From positions 128,001-192,000 of the forward strand of contig CAVXPZ010000004.1 in the NCBI GenBank assembly GCA_963763775.1: a DNA stretch of 64,000 nt, written 5' to 3'. Below, piece by piece: positions 49,577-60,967 of the stretch. A program made the position numbers and the translations under genes. Below the pieces are notes generated by a model that saw nothing but the letters and a program-made list of their open reading frames with translations, had not been told where the DNA came from and ran no database searches. Origin of the DNA: an uncultured Chloroflexia bacterium (GTDB taxonomy: Bacteria > Chloroflexota > Limnocylindria > Limnocylindrales > CSP1-4). Within the stretch, counting starts at the first letter, position 1. Every line of letters starts with the position of its first letter.

Positions 49577-51162
49577 GGACCTGACCGGGGTCGGCGGGGT
49601 CGGCCGGCTCGGCCGACTCGGTACCGGTCGCCGCGAACATCACCCGTTCCTCGGTGGCGCGGTCATGCGGGATCTCGGCCGTGATCCGACCCTCGTGGAG
49701 GACCAGGATCCGGTCGGACATCGCGAGGACCTCGGGGAGGTCGCTGGAGATCAGGACGATCCCGAGCCCGGACGCCGCCAGCTCGGAGATGATCCGGTGC
49801 ACCTCGACCTTCGCCCCGATGTCGATCCCGCGCGTGGGCTCGTCGAGGATCAGCACGGTCGGCTTGGACGCGAGCCACTTGGCAAGCACGACCTTCTGCT
49901 GGTTCCCGCCCGACAGCGCGCCGACGAGCTGGTCGACCCCGGTCATCTTCACGGCGAACTGGTCCGTGTACTCCCGGGCCAGCCGCTCCTCGGTCGACGA
50001 CCGGATCACGAATCGCGGGAAGATCCGGGGGAGGATCGGCAGCGACACGTTCTGGGCGATCGAGAAGTCCAGGACGAGCCCCTCCTGGTGCCGGTCCTCG
50101 GGGAGATAGGCGATCCCGGCGTGCATGGCGGCGGACGGCGTGGCGAAATCGACGAGCGTGCCCGTGAGGCGGACCTCGCCGGCGTCGCGATGGTCGATCC
50201 CGAACAGGACGCGGGCGACCTCCGTCCGGCCGGCGCCGACGAGGCCCGCGAAGCCGACGATCTCACCGGCCCGGACATCGAAGGTGATGTCGTGGAACAC
50301 GCCGACCCGGGTCAGGCCGCGCACCTCGAGCAGGACGTCGCCGACCGGGGTCTCGACCTTCGGGAAGAGCGGACACGGTCCGGCCGACCATGTGCCGGAC
50401 CAGGTCGGCCGTCGTCAGCTCGCTGGTCGGCATCGTCACGACGTGGCGCCCGTCGCGGAAGACGGTCGCGCGGTCGCAGAGCTCGAACACCTCATCGAGT
50501 CGGTGGCTGACGAAAAGGACGGCCACCCCGCGATCCCGGAGGCGGCGCACGATCGTGAACAGCCGGGCCACCTCGTGCGCGGAGAGGGAGGCGGTCGGCT
50601 CGTCGAGGATGAGGACGCGCGCCTCGACCGACAGGGCCTTCGCGATCTCGATGAGCTGCTGGTCCGCCATCGAGAGGCCGCGGACCTGGGCCGTGACGTC
50701 GAACTGGACGTCGAGCTCCTGGAAGAGGGCATCCGCGCGGCGTCTGGCGGCGCCCCAGTCGACGGTCCCGAACCGACCGGACGGGGCGTGGCCCATGAAG
50801 ACGTTCTCGGCGACGCTCAGGTCCGGGAACAGGCGGGGCTCCTGGTGGACGACCGCGATGCCCAGCGACCGCGAGTGCGCCGGCCCGTGGATCTCGGTCT
50901 CGACGCCGTCGAGCCAGATCGTGCCGCTATCGGGTTGGTGGACCCCGGCCAGGATCTTGACCAGCGTGCTCTTCCCCGCCCCGTTCTCGCCGACGAGGGC
51001 ATGGACCTCGCCCGGTCGGAGCTCGAGCGAGACGTCGTCGAGGGCCTGGGTCGCGAGGAACCGTTTGGAGATCCCTCGCAGCTCCGCGCGAGGCGTGGCG
51101 TCGGACGGTCCCACTGCCACGGCCGTGGCGGCCGGCACGACGCTCCCGCCAGGCAGGGTCAT
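49569..51162 (-). CDS. Sugar (rhamnose) ABC ATPase, tandem NBD (frameshift ~50370)
   Basis: 'GENGAGKS', 'DEPTASL'; second NBD 'LSGGNQQK', 'DEPTRGID'. Confidence 0.9.
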
Positions 51163-52016
51163 CGATCGACCTCGACGCCCGTCCGCACCCGGCGGGGGTC
51201 GGCGAGCGGAGCCGCGGGGTCCACGAGCCGGACCTCGATCCCGGCGCTGACGAGCGCGTCGACCATCTCGGCCGGGGCCCCGATGTCGGTCACGACCGAG
51301 GTGATCTGGTCGGTGTGGCAGAACGTCGCGAACGCGACGCGCTCGAACTTCGTGTGGTCGACGATGGCGACCACCTCGCGCGCGGCCGCGACCATCGATC
51401 GCTTGATCTGGACTTCCTCGTCCGTCGCGTCGCTCAGCCCGGCCTCCAGGGTGAACCCGGCGGCGCCGAGGATCGCCTTCTGGACGTTGATCCGGCTGAA
51501 GAGCCCGTCGCCGAGCTGCCCGACCACGGACAGCGCCTCCCAGCGGACGCGTCCGCCGAGCATGAGGACGATGATCCCCGGCGACCCCGCGAGCTCGGAG
51601 GCGATGCGCAGCCCGTTCGTGATGACCGTCAGCTGGCTCCAGCCGCCTCGGGCCTTCAGGCGACGGGCGACCGCCAGGGCCGTGGTGCTGGCGTCCATGA
51701 CGATGGTCTCCCCGTCCTCGACCATCTCGACGGCCGCGGCGCCGATCGCCGTCTTCTCGTCCTGCTGCAGTCGCTCGCGGAGATCGAACGCCAGCTCGGG
51801 GGTGTTCCGGTCCGGGACGATGGCCCCACCGTGCGTGCGGACCACGCGGCCGTCGGCTTCCAGCGCGACGAGATCCTTGCGGATCGTGACCGCCGAGACC
51901 CCGAACCGATGCGACAGGTCGCTGACGCGGGCGCGGCCGTGCTCCTCGACGATCCGAGCGATCCGGTCCTGGCGCTCTCGGGCGAAGACGTCGCCGCGCT
52001 CACTGGCATCGGGCAC
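51159..52016 (-). CDS. DeoR/GlpR-family regulator (RhaR-type)
   Basis: 'FGVSAVTIRKDL', 'RTHGGA', 'DASTT', 'DHTKF'. Confidence 0.92.
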   Translation of the reverse strand: MPDASERGDVFARERQDRIARIVEEHGRARVSDLSHRFGVSAVTIRKDLVALEADGRVVRTHGGAIVPDRNTPELAFDLRERLQQDEKTAIGAAAVEMVEDGETIVMDASTTALAVARRLKARGGWSQLTVITNGLRIASELAGSPGIIVLMLGGRVRWEALSVVGQLGDGLFSRINVQKAILGAAGFTLEAGLSDATDEEVQIKRSMVAAAREVVAIVDHTKFERVAFATFCHTDQITSVVTDIGAPAEMVDALVSAGIEVRLVDPAAPLADPRRVRTGVEVDR

Positions 52017-52056
52017 GTGCAGGGCCTCTCAACTTGCCGATCGGGGTGCCGGCTGC

Positions 52057-52134
52057 GTTTCGATTGGGGTGTCGGCGCACCATATGGCGAACGCGAACGT
52101 AATGTCAAGGAAACAAGTTGAAATCAATCGAAAC
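52057..52134. promoter_or_regulatory. Rhamnose regulator binding region
   Basis: GTTTCGATTG (52057) and CAATCGAAAC (52125) are a perfect inverted pair; GAAA recurs at 52110, 52120 and 52130 (10-bp period). Confidence 0.6.
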
Positions 52135-52368
52135 CTGTGTCAGGCTGTCGTGGGAGGCGTCGCGGCCATCCCGATACCGGGCTCCGACCAGTCGCCCGGA
52201 TCCCGATCCGTCCGACGGACATCCGGTCGTGTCAGCTCCTCCGATGCCACCGGCCACCGGTGGGCGGATCGGGATCCCACGGCGCCGGAACCCATACCAT
52301 CACCAGGACGCATCCATCGACGGGAACGAACATCGCGACCCAGCCCCAGCGGGGCGACGGAGGGAGAC

Positions 52369-53535
52369 GTGACGACGAAGTCGGCTATCGTCGCGGCCCT
52401 GGTGGGCCAGCGGATCGAACTGCCGTCGTGGGCATTCGGGAACTCCGGGACCCGGTTCAAGGTGTTCGCCCAGAAGGGCGTCCCGCGCGACCCGTACGAG
52501 AAGATCGCCGATGCGGCCCAGGTCAACCGCTACACCGGCGTCGCGCCGACCGTGGCGCTCCACATCCCGTGGGACAAGGTCGACGACTACGTGGCGCTGG
52601 CCGAGCACGCCAAGGGCTGCGGCGTCGCGCTGGGGACCATCAACTCGAACACGTTCCAGGACGACGACTACATGCTCGGCAGCGTCTGCCACCCGGACGC
52701 CCGGGTCCGCGCGAAGGCCGTCGCCCACCTCCTCGACTGCGTCGACATCATGGACGCCACCGGATCGCGGGACCTCAAGCTGTGGTTCGCGGACGGGACG
52801 AACTATCCGGGACAGGACGACATCCGGGCGCGACAGGACCGGCTGGCGGAGGCCCTCGCGACGGTCTACGCCCGCCTGGGACCGGACCAGCGGATGGTCC
52901 TCGAGTACAAGTTCTTCGAGCCGTCGTTCTACACGACGGACGTGCCCGATTGGGGGACCGCGTTCGCGCACTGCGTTGCGCTCGGGCCCAAGGCGCTCGT
53001 CGTCCTGGACACCGGCCACCACGCGCCGGGGACGAACATCGAGTTCATCGTGGCCCAGCTGCTCCGACTCGGGAAGCTCGGCGCGTTCGACTTCAACTCG
53101 CGGTTCTACGCCGACGACGACCTGATGGTCGGGGCCGCCGACCCGTTCCAGCTGTTCCGGATCATGACCGAGGTGGCGAACGCGGGCGCCCTCGCCCCCG
53201 AGGCCGGCGTCGCGTTCATGCTCGACCAGTGCCACAACATCGAGCCGAAGATCCCCGGGCAGATCCGGTCCGTGATGAACGTCCAGGAGGCCACGGCCAA
53301 GGCGCTGCTGGTCGACCGCGACGCGCTCGGGGCCGCCCAGCGGGCCGGTGACGTCCTCGGCGCGAACGCGGTCCTGATGGACGCCTACGACACCGACGTG
53401 CGGCCGCTGCTCGCGGAGGTCCGCACCTCGATGGGCCTCGACCCCGAGCCGATGCGGGCCTACGCGCGGTCCGGGTATGCCGAGCGCATCGTGGCCGACC
53501 GGGTCGGGGGCCAGGCGGCGGGGTGGGGCGCGTGA
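52369..53535 (+). CDS. rhaI: L-rhamnose isomerase (RhaI type)
   Basis: 'ELPSWAFGNSGTRF', 'LHIPWD', 'WFADGTNYPGQ', 'EYKFFEP', 'DQCHN'. Confidence 0.94.
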   Translation: MTTKSAIVAALVGQRIELPSWAFGNSGTRFKVFAQKGVPRDPYEKIADAAQVNRYTGVAPTVALHIPWDKVDDYVALAEHAKGCGVALGTINSNTFQDDDYMLGSVCHPDARVRAKAVAHLLDCVDIMDATGSRDLKLWFADGTNYPGQDDIRARQDRLAEALATVYARLGPDQRMVLEYKFFEPSFYTTDVPDWGTAFAHCVALGPKALVVLDTGHHAPGTNIEFIVAQLLRLGKLGAFDFNSRFYADDDLMVGAADPFQLFRIMTEVANAGALAPEAGVAFMLDQCHNIEPKIPGQIRSVMNVQEATAKALLVDRDALGAAQRAGDVLGANAVLMDAYDTDVRPLLAEVRTSMGLDPEPMRAYARSGYAERIVADRVGGQAAGWGA

Positions 53536-55575
53536 CCGTGGACACCGCCCCGGTCACGGCGCTGCTCGACCGGTCCAACCGGCTTGGCGCCGACCCGCGC
53601 AACACGAACTACGCCGGCGGCAATACGTCGGCCAAGGGGACGGCGATCGACCCGGTGACCGGCGGCCCGGTCGACCTGCTCTGGGTCAAGGGGTCGGGCG
53701 GCGACCTGGGGACGCTGACCGAGGCCGGCCTCGCCGTGCTCCGACTCGACCGGCTGCGCTCGCTCGTCGATGTGTACCCCGGCATCGAGCGCGAGGACGA
53801 GATGGTCGCCGCGTTCGACTTCTGCCTGCACGGGCGCGGCGGGGCGGCGCCGTCGATCGACACGGCGATGCACGGCCTCGTCGACGCCGCGCACGTGGAC
53901 CACCTCCACCCGGATTCCGGGATCGCCCTCGCGACCGCGGCGGATGGCGAGGCCCTGACGCGACGATGCTTCGGCGAACGCGTGGCGTGGGTCCCGTGGC
54001 GCCGACCCGGCTTCGAGCTTGGCCTGGACATGGCGGCGATCCGGCGCGACCGGCCCGACGCCATCGGGGCCATCCTCGGCGGACACGGCATCACGGCCTG
54101 GGGCGACACGTCGGAGGCGTGCGAGGCGAACTCGCTCGAGATCATCCGGACCGCGGAGCGGTTCATCGAGGCCGAGAGCCGGCCCGACCCGTTCGGCCCG
54201 CTGGTGGCTGGACTGGAGCCGCTCCCCGCCGACGCGCGGCGAGAGCGCGCGGCCGCGCTGCTGCCGCTGATCCGCGGGCTCGCATCCACGGACCGACCGC
54301 AGGTGGGCCACTTCACCGACTGCGGATGTCGTGCTCGACTTCCTGTCCCGCGCCGAGCACCCGCGGCTCGCTGCGCTCGGGACGTCGTGCCCGGACCACT
54401 TCCTGCGGACGAAGGTCGCCCCGATGGTCCTCGACCTGCCGCCGGACGCGACCATCGAGGCGACGGTGGCGCGGCTCAAGGAGCTGCATGCCGCCTACCG
54501 CGACGCGTACCGCGCCTACTACGACCGCCACGCGACGCCGGACAGCCCGGCGATGCGCGGGGCCGACCCGGCGATCGTCCTGGTCCCGGGCGTCGGGATG
54601 TTCAGCTTCGGCGCGAACAAGCAGACCGCGCGAGTCGCCGGCGAGTTCTACGTCAATGCGATCAACGTGATGCGCGGCGCCGAAGGGCTGTCGACCTACG
54701 CGCCGATCGCGGAGTCGGAGAAGTTCCGCATCGAGTACTGGGCGCTCGAGGAGGCGAAACTCGCCCGGATGCCGAAGCCCAAGCCGCTCGCGTCGCGAGT
54801 GGCGCTGGTCACCGGCGCCGGTTCCGGGATCGGCAAGGCCATCGCCCACCGGCTCGCGGCCGAGGGCGCCTGCGTGGTCGTCGCGGACATCGACGCGGCC
54901 AGCGCCGAGGCCGTCGCCCAGGAGCTCGGCGGGTCGGATGTCGCGGTCGCCGTCAGCGTCGACGTGACCGACGAGGACCAGGTCGTCGAGGCGTTCCGCC
55001 TCGGGATCCTCGCGTTCGGTGGCGTCGACCTCATCGTCAACAACGCCGGCCTGTCGATCTCCAAGCCGCTGCTCGAGACCACCCTCGCCGATTGGGATCT
55101 CCAGCACGACGTCATGGCCCGTGGCTCGTTCCTCGTGTCGCGCGAGGCGGCGCGGATCATGATCGACCAGGACATGGGCGGCGACATCGTCTACATCGTC
55201 AGCAAGAACGCCTTCTTCGCCGGCCCGAACAACGTGGCCTACGGCGCCTCGAAGGCCGACCAGGCCCACCAGGTCCGACTGCTCGCGGCGGAGCTCGGCG
55301 CGTTCGGGATCCGCGTGAACGGGGTCAACCCCGACGGTGTCGTCCGCGGGTCGGGCATCTTCGCGAAGGGCTGGGGCGCCGACCGGGCGCGGACGTACGG
55401 CATCCCGGAGGACAAGCTCGGCGAGTTCTACGCGCAGCGGACGCTGCTCAAGCGCGAGGTCCTCCCGGAGCACGTGGCGGCGGCCGTCTTCGCCCTGACC
55501 GGCGGCGACCTGAGCCAGACCACCGGCCTGCACATCCCCGTCGACGCGGGCGTCGCCGCCGCCTTCCTGCGGTGA
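53532..55575 (+). CDS. rhaD: Bifunctional rhamnulose-1-phosphate aldolase / lactaldehyde dehydrogenase (RhaEW) (frameshift ~54322)
   Basis: 'NYAGGNTSAK', 'PSIDT', 'DHLHPD', 'SCPDHFLRTK', 'IEYWALEEAK', and an SDR domain 'TGAGSGIG...YGASK'. Confidence 0.9.
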
Positions 55576-57019
55576 CCGTGGGGTCGTTCGCGGCCATCGA
55601 CCTCGGCGCGTCGAGCGGACGTGTCATGGTCGGTCGCGTGGGACCCGGCGCCCTGGACCTCCACGAGGTCCATCGCTTCGCGAACGAGCCGGTCGCGGCT
55701 CCCCGACGGCCTGCACTGGGACATCCTCCGCCTCTATCGCGAGATCCTCGACGGGCTCCGCCTCGCCGCGCGCGGCGCCGACGACCTGCTCGGCGTGGCC
55801 GTGGACTCGTGGGGCGTCGACTACGGCCTGCTCGACGCGACGGACGCCCTGATCGGCGCCCCGTACCACTATCGCGATCCGCGGACGGGTCCGGCGACGG
55901 CCGCCGTCGAGGCGATCGTGCCCGCGACAGCGGCTGTACGAGCGAACCGGCATCCAGTTCCTGCCGTTCAACACGCTCTACCAGCTGACCGCGGACCTCG
56001 GGACGCCGCGGGCCGCGGCCGCCCGGTCGATGGCGATGATCCCCGACCTCATCGGCGCCTGGCTCTCCGGCCGGATCGAGGCCGAGGTCACGAACGCGTC
56101 CACGACGGGCCTGGTCGATCCGGCGACTGGGACCTGGGACACCGCCCTGATCGCCGAGCTCGGCCTGCCGCCGGCGCTGTTCGGGCCGCTCCAGGCGCCT
56201 GGGGACGCGGTGGGGCCGATCCGGGCCGAGGTCGCCGAGGAGACCGGGCTGCCGGCGACCGCCGCGGTCACGCACGTCGGCTCGCATGACACGGCCTCCG
56301 CGGTCGTCGGGGTCCCGGCGGAGGACGATCGGTTCGCCTACATCGCCTGCGGGACGTGGGCCCTCGTCGGCGTGGAGCTGGCGGCACCCATCCGCACGGA
56401 GGCCAGTCGCCTCGCCGGCTTCACGAACGAGCTGGGCGTGGACGGGCGCATCCGCTACCTGCACAACGTCATGGGGCTCTGGCTCCTCCAGGAATCGATG
56501 CGGACCTGGGAACGCGACGGCGACCGGACCACGCTGACCGACCTGCTGGTCGCGGCGGCCGACCTTGCCGCCGACGGCCCGACCTTCGACCCCGACGACC
56601 CGGACCTCCTCGCGCCCGGCGACATGCCGCGGCGGATCGCGGCGCAGCTGGAGCGCTCGGGGCACCCGGCGCCGTCGTCCCGCCCGGCGCTCGTCCGGTG
56701 CATCCTCGACAGCCTGGCGACGGCGTTCGCGGCCACGGTCCGTCAGGCGGCTGCGCTGTCCGGGCGGCAGATCGACGTCGTCCACCTCGTCGGGGGCGGC
56801 AGCCAGAACGTCCTGCTGTGCCAGCTGACCGCCGACGCCTGCGGGCTGCCGGTCGTGGCCGGTCCCGTCGAGGCCACCGCGCTCGGCAACCTGCTGGTCC
56901 AGGCGCGAGCCCACGGGCGGGTCGACGGCGACCTCGCGTCCCTGCGCGCGCTCGTCCGTCGCGGCGCCGAGCTCCGCGAGTACCGGCCGAGGACGGCCCG
57001 AGCGGCGTCGGGCCGCTGA
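55572..57019 (+). CDS. rhaB: Rhamnulokinase (frameshifts ~55695, ~55930)
   Basis: 'IDLGASSGR', 'DSWGVDYGL', 'TNASTT', 'SHDTASA', 'GFTNE', 'EATALGN'. Confidence 0.9.
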
Positions 57020-57023
57020 CGCC

Positions 57024-57770
57024 ATGCGGGTCGCCGTCTTCATCACCTGCTTCAACGACCTGCTGTTCCCGGACGTCGGGCGCGCGGTGGTCCGCCTGCT
57101 CCGGCGCCTCGGCCAGGACGTCGAGTTCCCAGCCGCACAGACCTGCTGCGGCCAGATGCACTTCAACACCGGCTATCGCGACGCCTGCATCCCGCTCGTC
57201 GAGCGCTTCACCGATGCCTTCGACGGGTACGACGCGATCGTCACGCCGTCCCCGTCGTGCGCGGCCATGGTCCGCCACGAGCACGGCGTCGTGGCCGACC
57301 GCGCCGTGGCCCAGGGCGGCGACCGGGCTCTGCCGGATCGCGTGGCCGACCTCCGGCCGCGCGTCCACGAGCTGACCGAGTTCCTCGTCGACGTGCTCGG
57401 GGTCACCGATGTGGGCGCGGTGTTCCCGGAGACCGTCACGCTCCACCCGACCTGCCACTCCGTCCGGATCCTGGGGATCGGCGACCGGCCGCGTCAACTC
57501 CTGTCGGCCGTGGACGGCCTCGCGCTGGTCGAGCTGGCCGGCGCCGACGAGTGCTGCGGGTTCGGCGGGACGTTCGCTGTCAAGAACGCCGACACGTCGC
57601 TCGCGATGGGGAGCGACAAGGTCGCCGCGATCGCGGCGTCCGGGGCGACGGTCGTGACGTCGGCCGACACGTCGTGCCTCATGCACATCGGCGGCATGCT
57701 GTCGCGTGCCGGTTCGCCGGTCCGGGCCATGCACCTGGCCGAGATCCTCGCGGCCGGGTCGCCGTCGTGA
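57024..57770 (+). CDS. lutA: Lactate utilization protein A (CCG Fe-S)
   Basis: 'FITC', 'QTCCGQ', 'HPTCH', 'CCGFGGTF', 'DTSCLMH'. Confidence 0.92.
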   Translation: MRVAVFITCFNDLLFPDVGRAVVRLLRRLGQDVEFPAAQTCCGQMHFNTGYRDACIPLVERFTDAFDGYDAIVTPSPSCAAMVRHEHGVVADRAVAQGGDRALPDRVADLRPRVHELTEFLVDVLGVTDVGAVFPETVTLHPTCHSVRILGIGDRPRQLLSAVDGLALVELAGADECCGFGGTFAVKNADTSLAMGSDKVAAIAASGATVVTSADTSCLMHIGGMLSRAGSPVRAMHLAEILAAGSPS

Positions 57771-57839
57771 CCGCCGGGCCGCTCCGTCCGGCCGCGACGG
57801 CCGCGCCGGCGCCCTCCCCGCTCGCCGCGCCGCGGCTCG

Positions 57840-59322
57840 ATGCCGGCACACCCGTCGTTCGCCGGCACGCCGCCGTTCCCCGAAGCCGCCCGCCAGGCCC
57901 TCGCAGACCCGCAACTCCGGGCCAACCTCGCCCGCGCCACGACCACGATCCGGACCAAGCGTGCCCGCGCGGTCGCCGAGCGCGACGACTGGGAGGCGCT
58001 CCGGCTGGCCGGCGCCGCGATCAAGGACGAGGTCCTGCGCGACCTCCCGGCGCTGCTCGAGCAGCTCGAGGCGCGCGTGACCGCGGCCGGTGGCGTCGTC
58101 CACTGGGCCAGGGACGCGGCCGAGGCGAACGCCATCGTCGTCGCGATCGTCCGCGACGCCGGCGTCGACGAGGTCGTCAAGGTCAAGTCGATGGCGACGC
58201 AGGAGATCGAGCTCAACGCGGCGCTCGCCGAGGCGGGGATCGCCGCGTGGGAGACCGACCTCGCGGAGCTCATCGTCCAGCTCGGCGAGGACCTGCCGTC
58301 GCACATCCTCGTCCCGGCCATCCACCGCAACCGCCGCGAGATCCGCGCGATCTTCGAGCGCGAGATGGGCCGGATGGGGCGCCCGGCGCCGGCGGACCTG
58401 ACCGACGACCCGCGGGCCCTCGCGGAAGCCGCGCGCCTCCACCTGCGCGAGAAGTTCCTCCGGGCGAAGGTGGCGGTCTCCGGGGCCAACTTCGCGGTCG
58501 CCGAGACGGGCACGGTGATGGTCGTCGAGTCCGAGGGCAACGGGCGGATGTGCCTGACGCTCCCGGAGGTCCTCATCACCGTGATGGGCATCGAGAAGCT
58601 CGTCCCGGCCTGGCGCGACCTCGAGGTCTTCCTCCAGCTCCTCCCGCGCTCCTCGACCGCCGAGCGGATGAACCCGTACACCTCGATGTGGACGGGTGTC
58701 ACGCCCGGCGACGGGCCGGCGGCGTTCCACCTGGTCCTGCTCGACAACGGGCGGACGGACACCCTCGTGGACCCGGTCGGGCGGCAGGCACTGCGCTGCA
58801 TCAAATGCTCGGCCTGTCTCAACGTCTGCCCGGTCTACGAGCGGACCGGCGGCCAGGCGTACGGGTCCCCGTATCCCGGCCCGATCGGCGCGATCCTCAC
58901 GCCGCAGCTCCGCGGCATCAACCAGGGGCCGGTCGACGCGCAGACCGCGTCGCTGCCCTACGCGTCGTCGCTGTGCGGCGCGTGCTTCGAGGTCTGCCCG
59001 GTCCGCATCGACATCCCGGAGGTGCTCGTCCACCTCCGCGCCAAGGTCGTCGAGCAGCACGGATGGCGCGGCCACGCGTCGGAGGAGGCCGTCCTGATGG
59101 CCTCGATGGCCTGGGCGTTCCGCAGCCCTCGGCGGCTCGGCTGGGCCGAAACGTGCGGCCGGCGTTGGCGGCCGGGTCCTGGGACGGAACGGGCGGATCC
59201 GCCGCGCACCCGGGCCGGGGCTGCTGCGTGCGTGGCTCCGCGGCCGCGACCTGTCGTCCCCCAGCCGCGAGTCCTTCCGGCGATGGTGGCGCCGGACCGG
59301 CGGCCGCGAGGACGGTCCGTGA
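57840..59322 (+). CDS. lutB: Lactate utilization protein B (4Fe-4S) (frameshift ~59150; start may be 57767)
   Basis: 'KVKSMAT', 'ETDLAE', 'PSHILVPAIH', 'CIKCSACLNVCP', 'SSLCGACFEVCP'. Confidence 0.92.
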
Positions 59323-59956
59323 CCGGCACGCGGGAGGTCGTCCTCGAGCGGATCCGTGCGGCACTGGCCGATCTCCCGGCCGACGCGCGCCGTTCCGCGC
59401 GACTACGCGACCCGGCTCCCCGACGAGACGGACGTCGTCGCGTTGTTCGCCGAGCGCGTCGCGGACTACCGCGCCACCGTCCACGAGGCCTCGGCCGCGG
59501 AAGTCGGCGCCGTGGTCGCGACGGTGCTCGCCGGCTGGGGCGTCCGGCGGCTCGTCGTCCCGTCCGGTATCCCGGATGCGTGGCTCACCTCGGCCGGACC
59601 GGGTATCGCCGGCCTGACCGACGACCCGCCGCTGAGCAAGGCGGATCTCGACGCGGCCGACGCCGTCATCACGGACTGCGCCGTCGCGATCGCCGAGACC
59701 GGCACGATCGTGCTCGACGGCCGGCCGTCACAGGGTCGGCGGGCCCTGAGCCTGCTGCCGGACCGGCACCTCTGCATCGTGGAGACTGACCGGATCGTCG
59801 GGACGGTCCCCGAAGCCCTGACGCAGGCTCGATCCGACGCGACCGCAGACATGGGTCAGCGGTCCGTCCGCGACGAGCGACATCGAACTCGAGCGGGTCG
59901 AAGGGGTCCACGGACCGCGCACCCTCGACGTGGTCATCGTCAGGCCGGGCGGCTAG
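59319..59956 (+). CDS. lutC: Lactate utilization protein C (LUD domain) (frameshifts ~59388, ~59825)
   Basis: 'AIAETGT', 'RRALSLLP'; '[20 protein letters not shown]' is in the shifted frame. Confidence 0.88.
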
Positions 59957-60081
59957 CGAGTCGCGTCCTCGCTTGACGGCTGGTCGTGGGACCGACGTCG
60001 TGACACGATGCGCGGACCGCAACGAGACCGTCGGATGCCGACGACCGCTCGGCGACCGTCAGCCCACGAGGAGAGACGACG

Positions 60082-60897
60082 ATGTGGTTCACCGAATTCG
60101 GGCAGATCGCCCACGAGGCGGCCCACGTCGGACAGATCGAGCACCTCGAGGCGGCACAGGCCGCGCTCATGAGCGGCGATCCCGTCCGCCTGCTCGAGGC
60201 GTTCCCGGGTGGCGTCCGGATCGATGACCCGCGAGTCGGCCGGGTCGAGGGCCAGGCCGCACTCGAGGACTTCTGCCGCTCGAGCCGGGCCTGGCTGTCC
60301 GAGCGGGCGGCCTCGAACCGCCAGCTCGCCGTGACCATCAGCGACGCCCGGGTCGTCGGCGAGTTCGAGCTGGACCTGACCCAGGACGGGCGCTCGTTCG
60401 TGCTGCCGGTGGCCGTGGTCGTCGAGCCCGACCCCGTCCGGCGCAGCGTGTGGATCCGGACATACCACAGCCAGTGGCCGCTGCTCGGCCATCACGTGGT
60501 CCGCCCGCCGCTCCTCCCGCGGGATCCAGGCGTCGAGGAGTCCGACGTCGTCGGCGAGTATCAGGCCGCGCTGGCTGCCGGCGACGCGGACCGGATCACG
60601 GCCACGTTCGAGCCGGACGGGTGCTTCCGCGAGCCCGCGGGCCCCCAGTTCGCCCGCTGCGGGACCGACGTCCTTCAGGGCTTCTTCGAGCTGTTCTTCA
60701 GCAAGGGCGGCGGGATCATCCTCGAGCACTGCACGGTCACCGAGGACGGCGTCCGGACGGTCCTCGAGTTCAACGCCGTCCGCTGGGGCGGCGTCGACCT
60801 GCCGCACCAGGCCGGGGTCGCGGTGTACGAGCGAGGCGACAGCGGCAGGCTCCGGTCCGCTCGCATCTACGACGACGTCGAAGGGCCCGTCGAGTAG
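60082..60897 (+). CDS. Tandem SnoaL/NTF2-fold protein
   Basis: GAGGAG RBS; two similar halves ('[10 protein letters not shown]...RTY' and 'FREP...ARIYDD'). Confidence 0.75.
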   Translation: MWFTEFGQIAHEAAHVGQIEHLEAAQAALMSGDPVRLLEAFPGGVRIDDPRVGRVEGQAALEDFCRSSRAWLSERAASNRQLAVTISDARVVGEFELDLTQDGRSFVLPVAVVVEPDPVRRSVWIRTYHSQWPLLGHHVVRPPLLPRDPGVEESDVVGEYQAALAAGDADRITATFEPDGCFREPAGPQFARCGTDVLQGFFELFFSKGGGIILEHCTVTEDGVRTVLEFNAVRWGGVDLPHQAGVAVYERGDSGRLRSARIYDDVEGPVE

Positions 60898-60967
60898 GGA
60901 CCAGGCGGCGTCACGCGGCCGGCGCCCGACAGATGTCTATACAATCGAGCCTGACGACCCGACCCCG

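Noticed and set aside
50125-53535. 1136-aa ORF
   Set aside because: Only 52369-53535 (rhaI) is coding; the rest is antisense to the ABC ATPase and DeoR genes.
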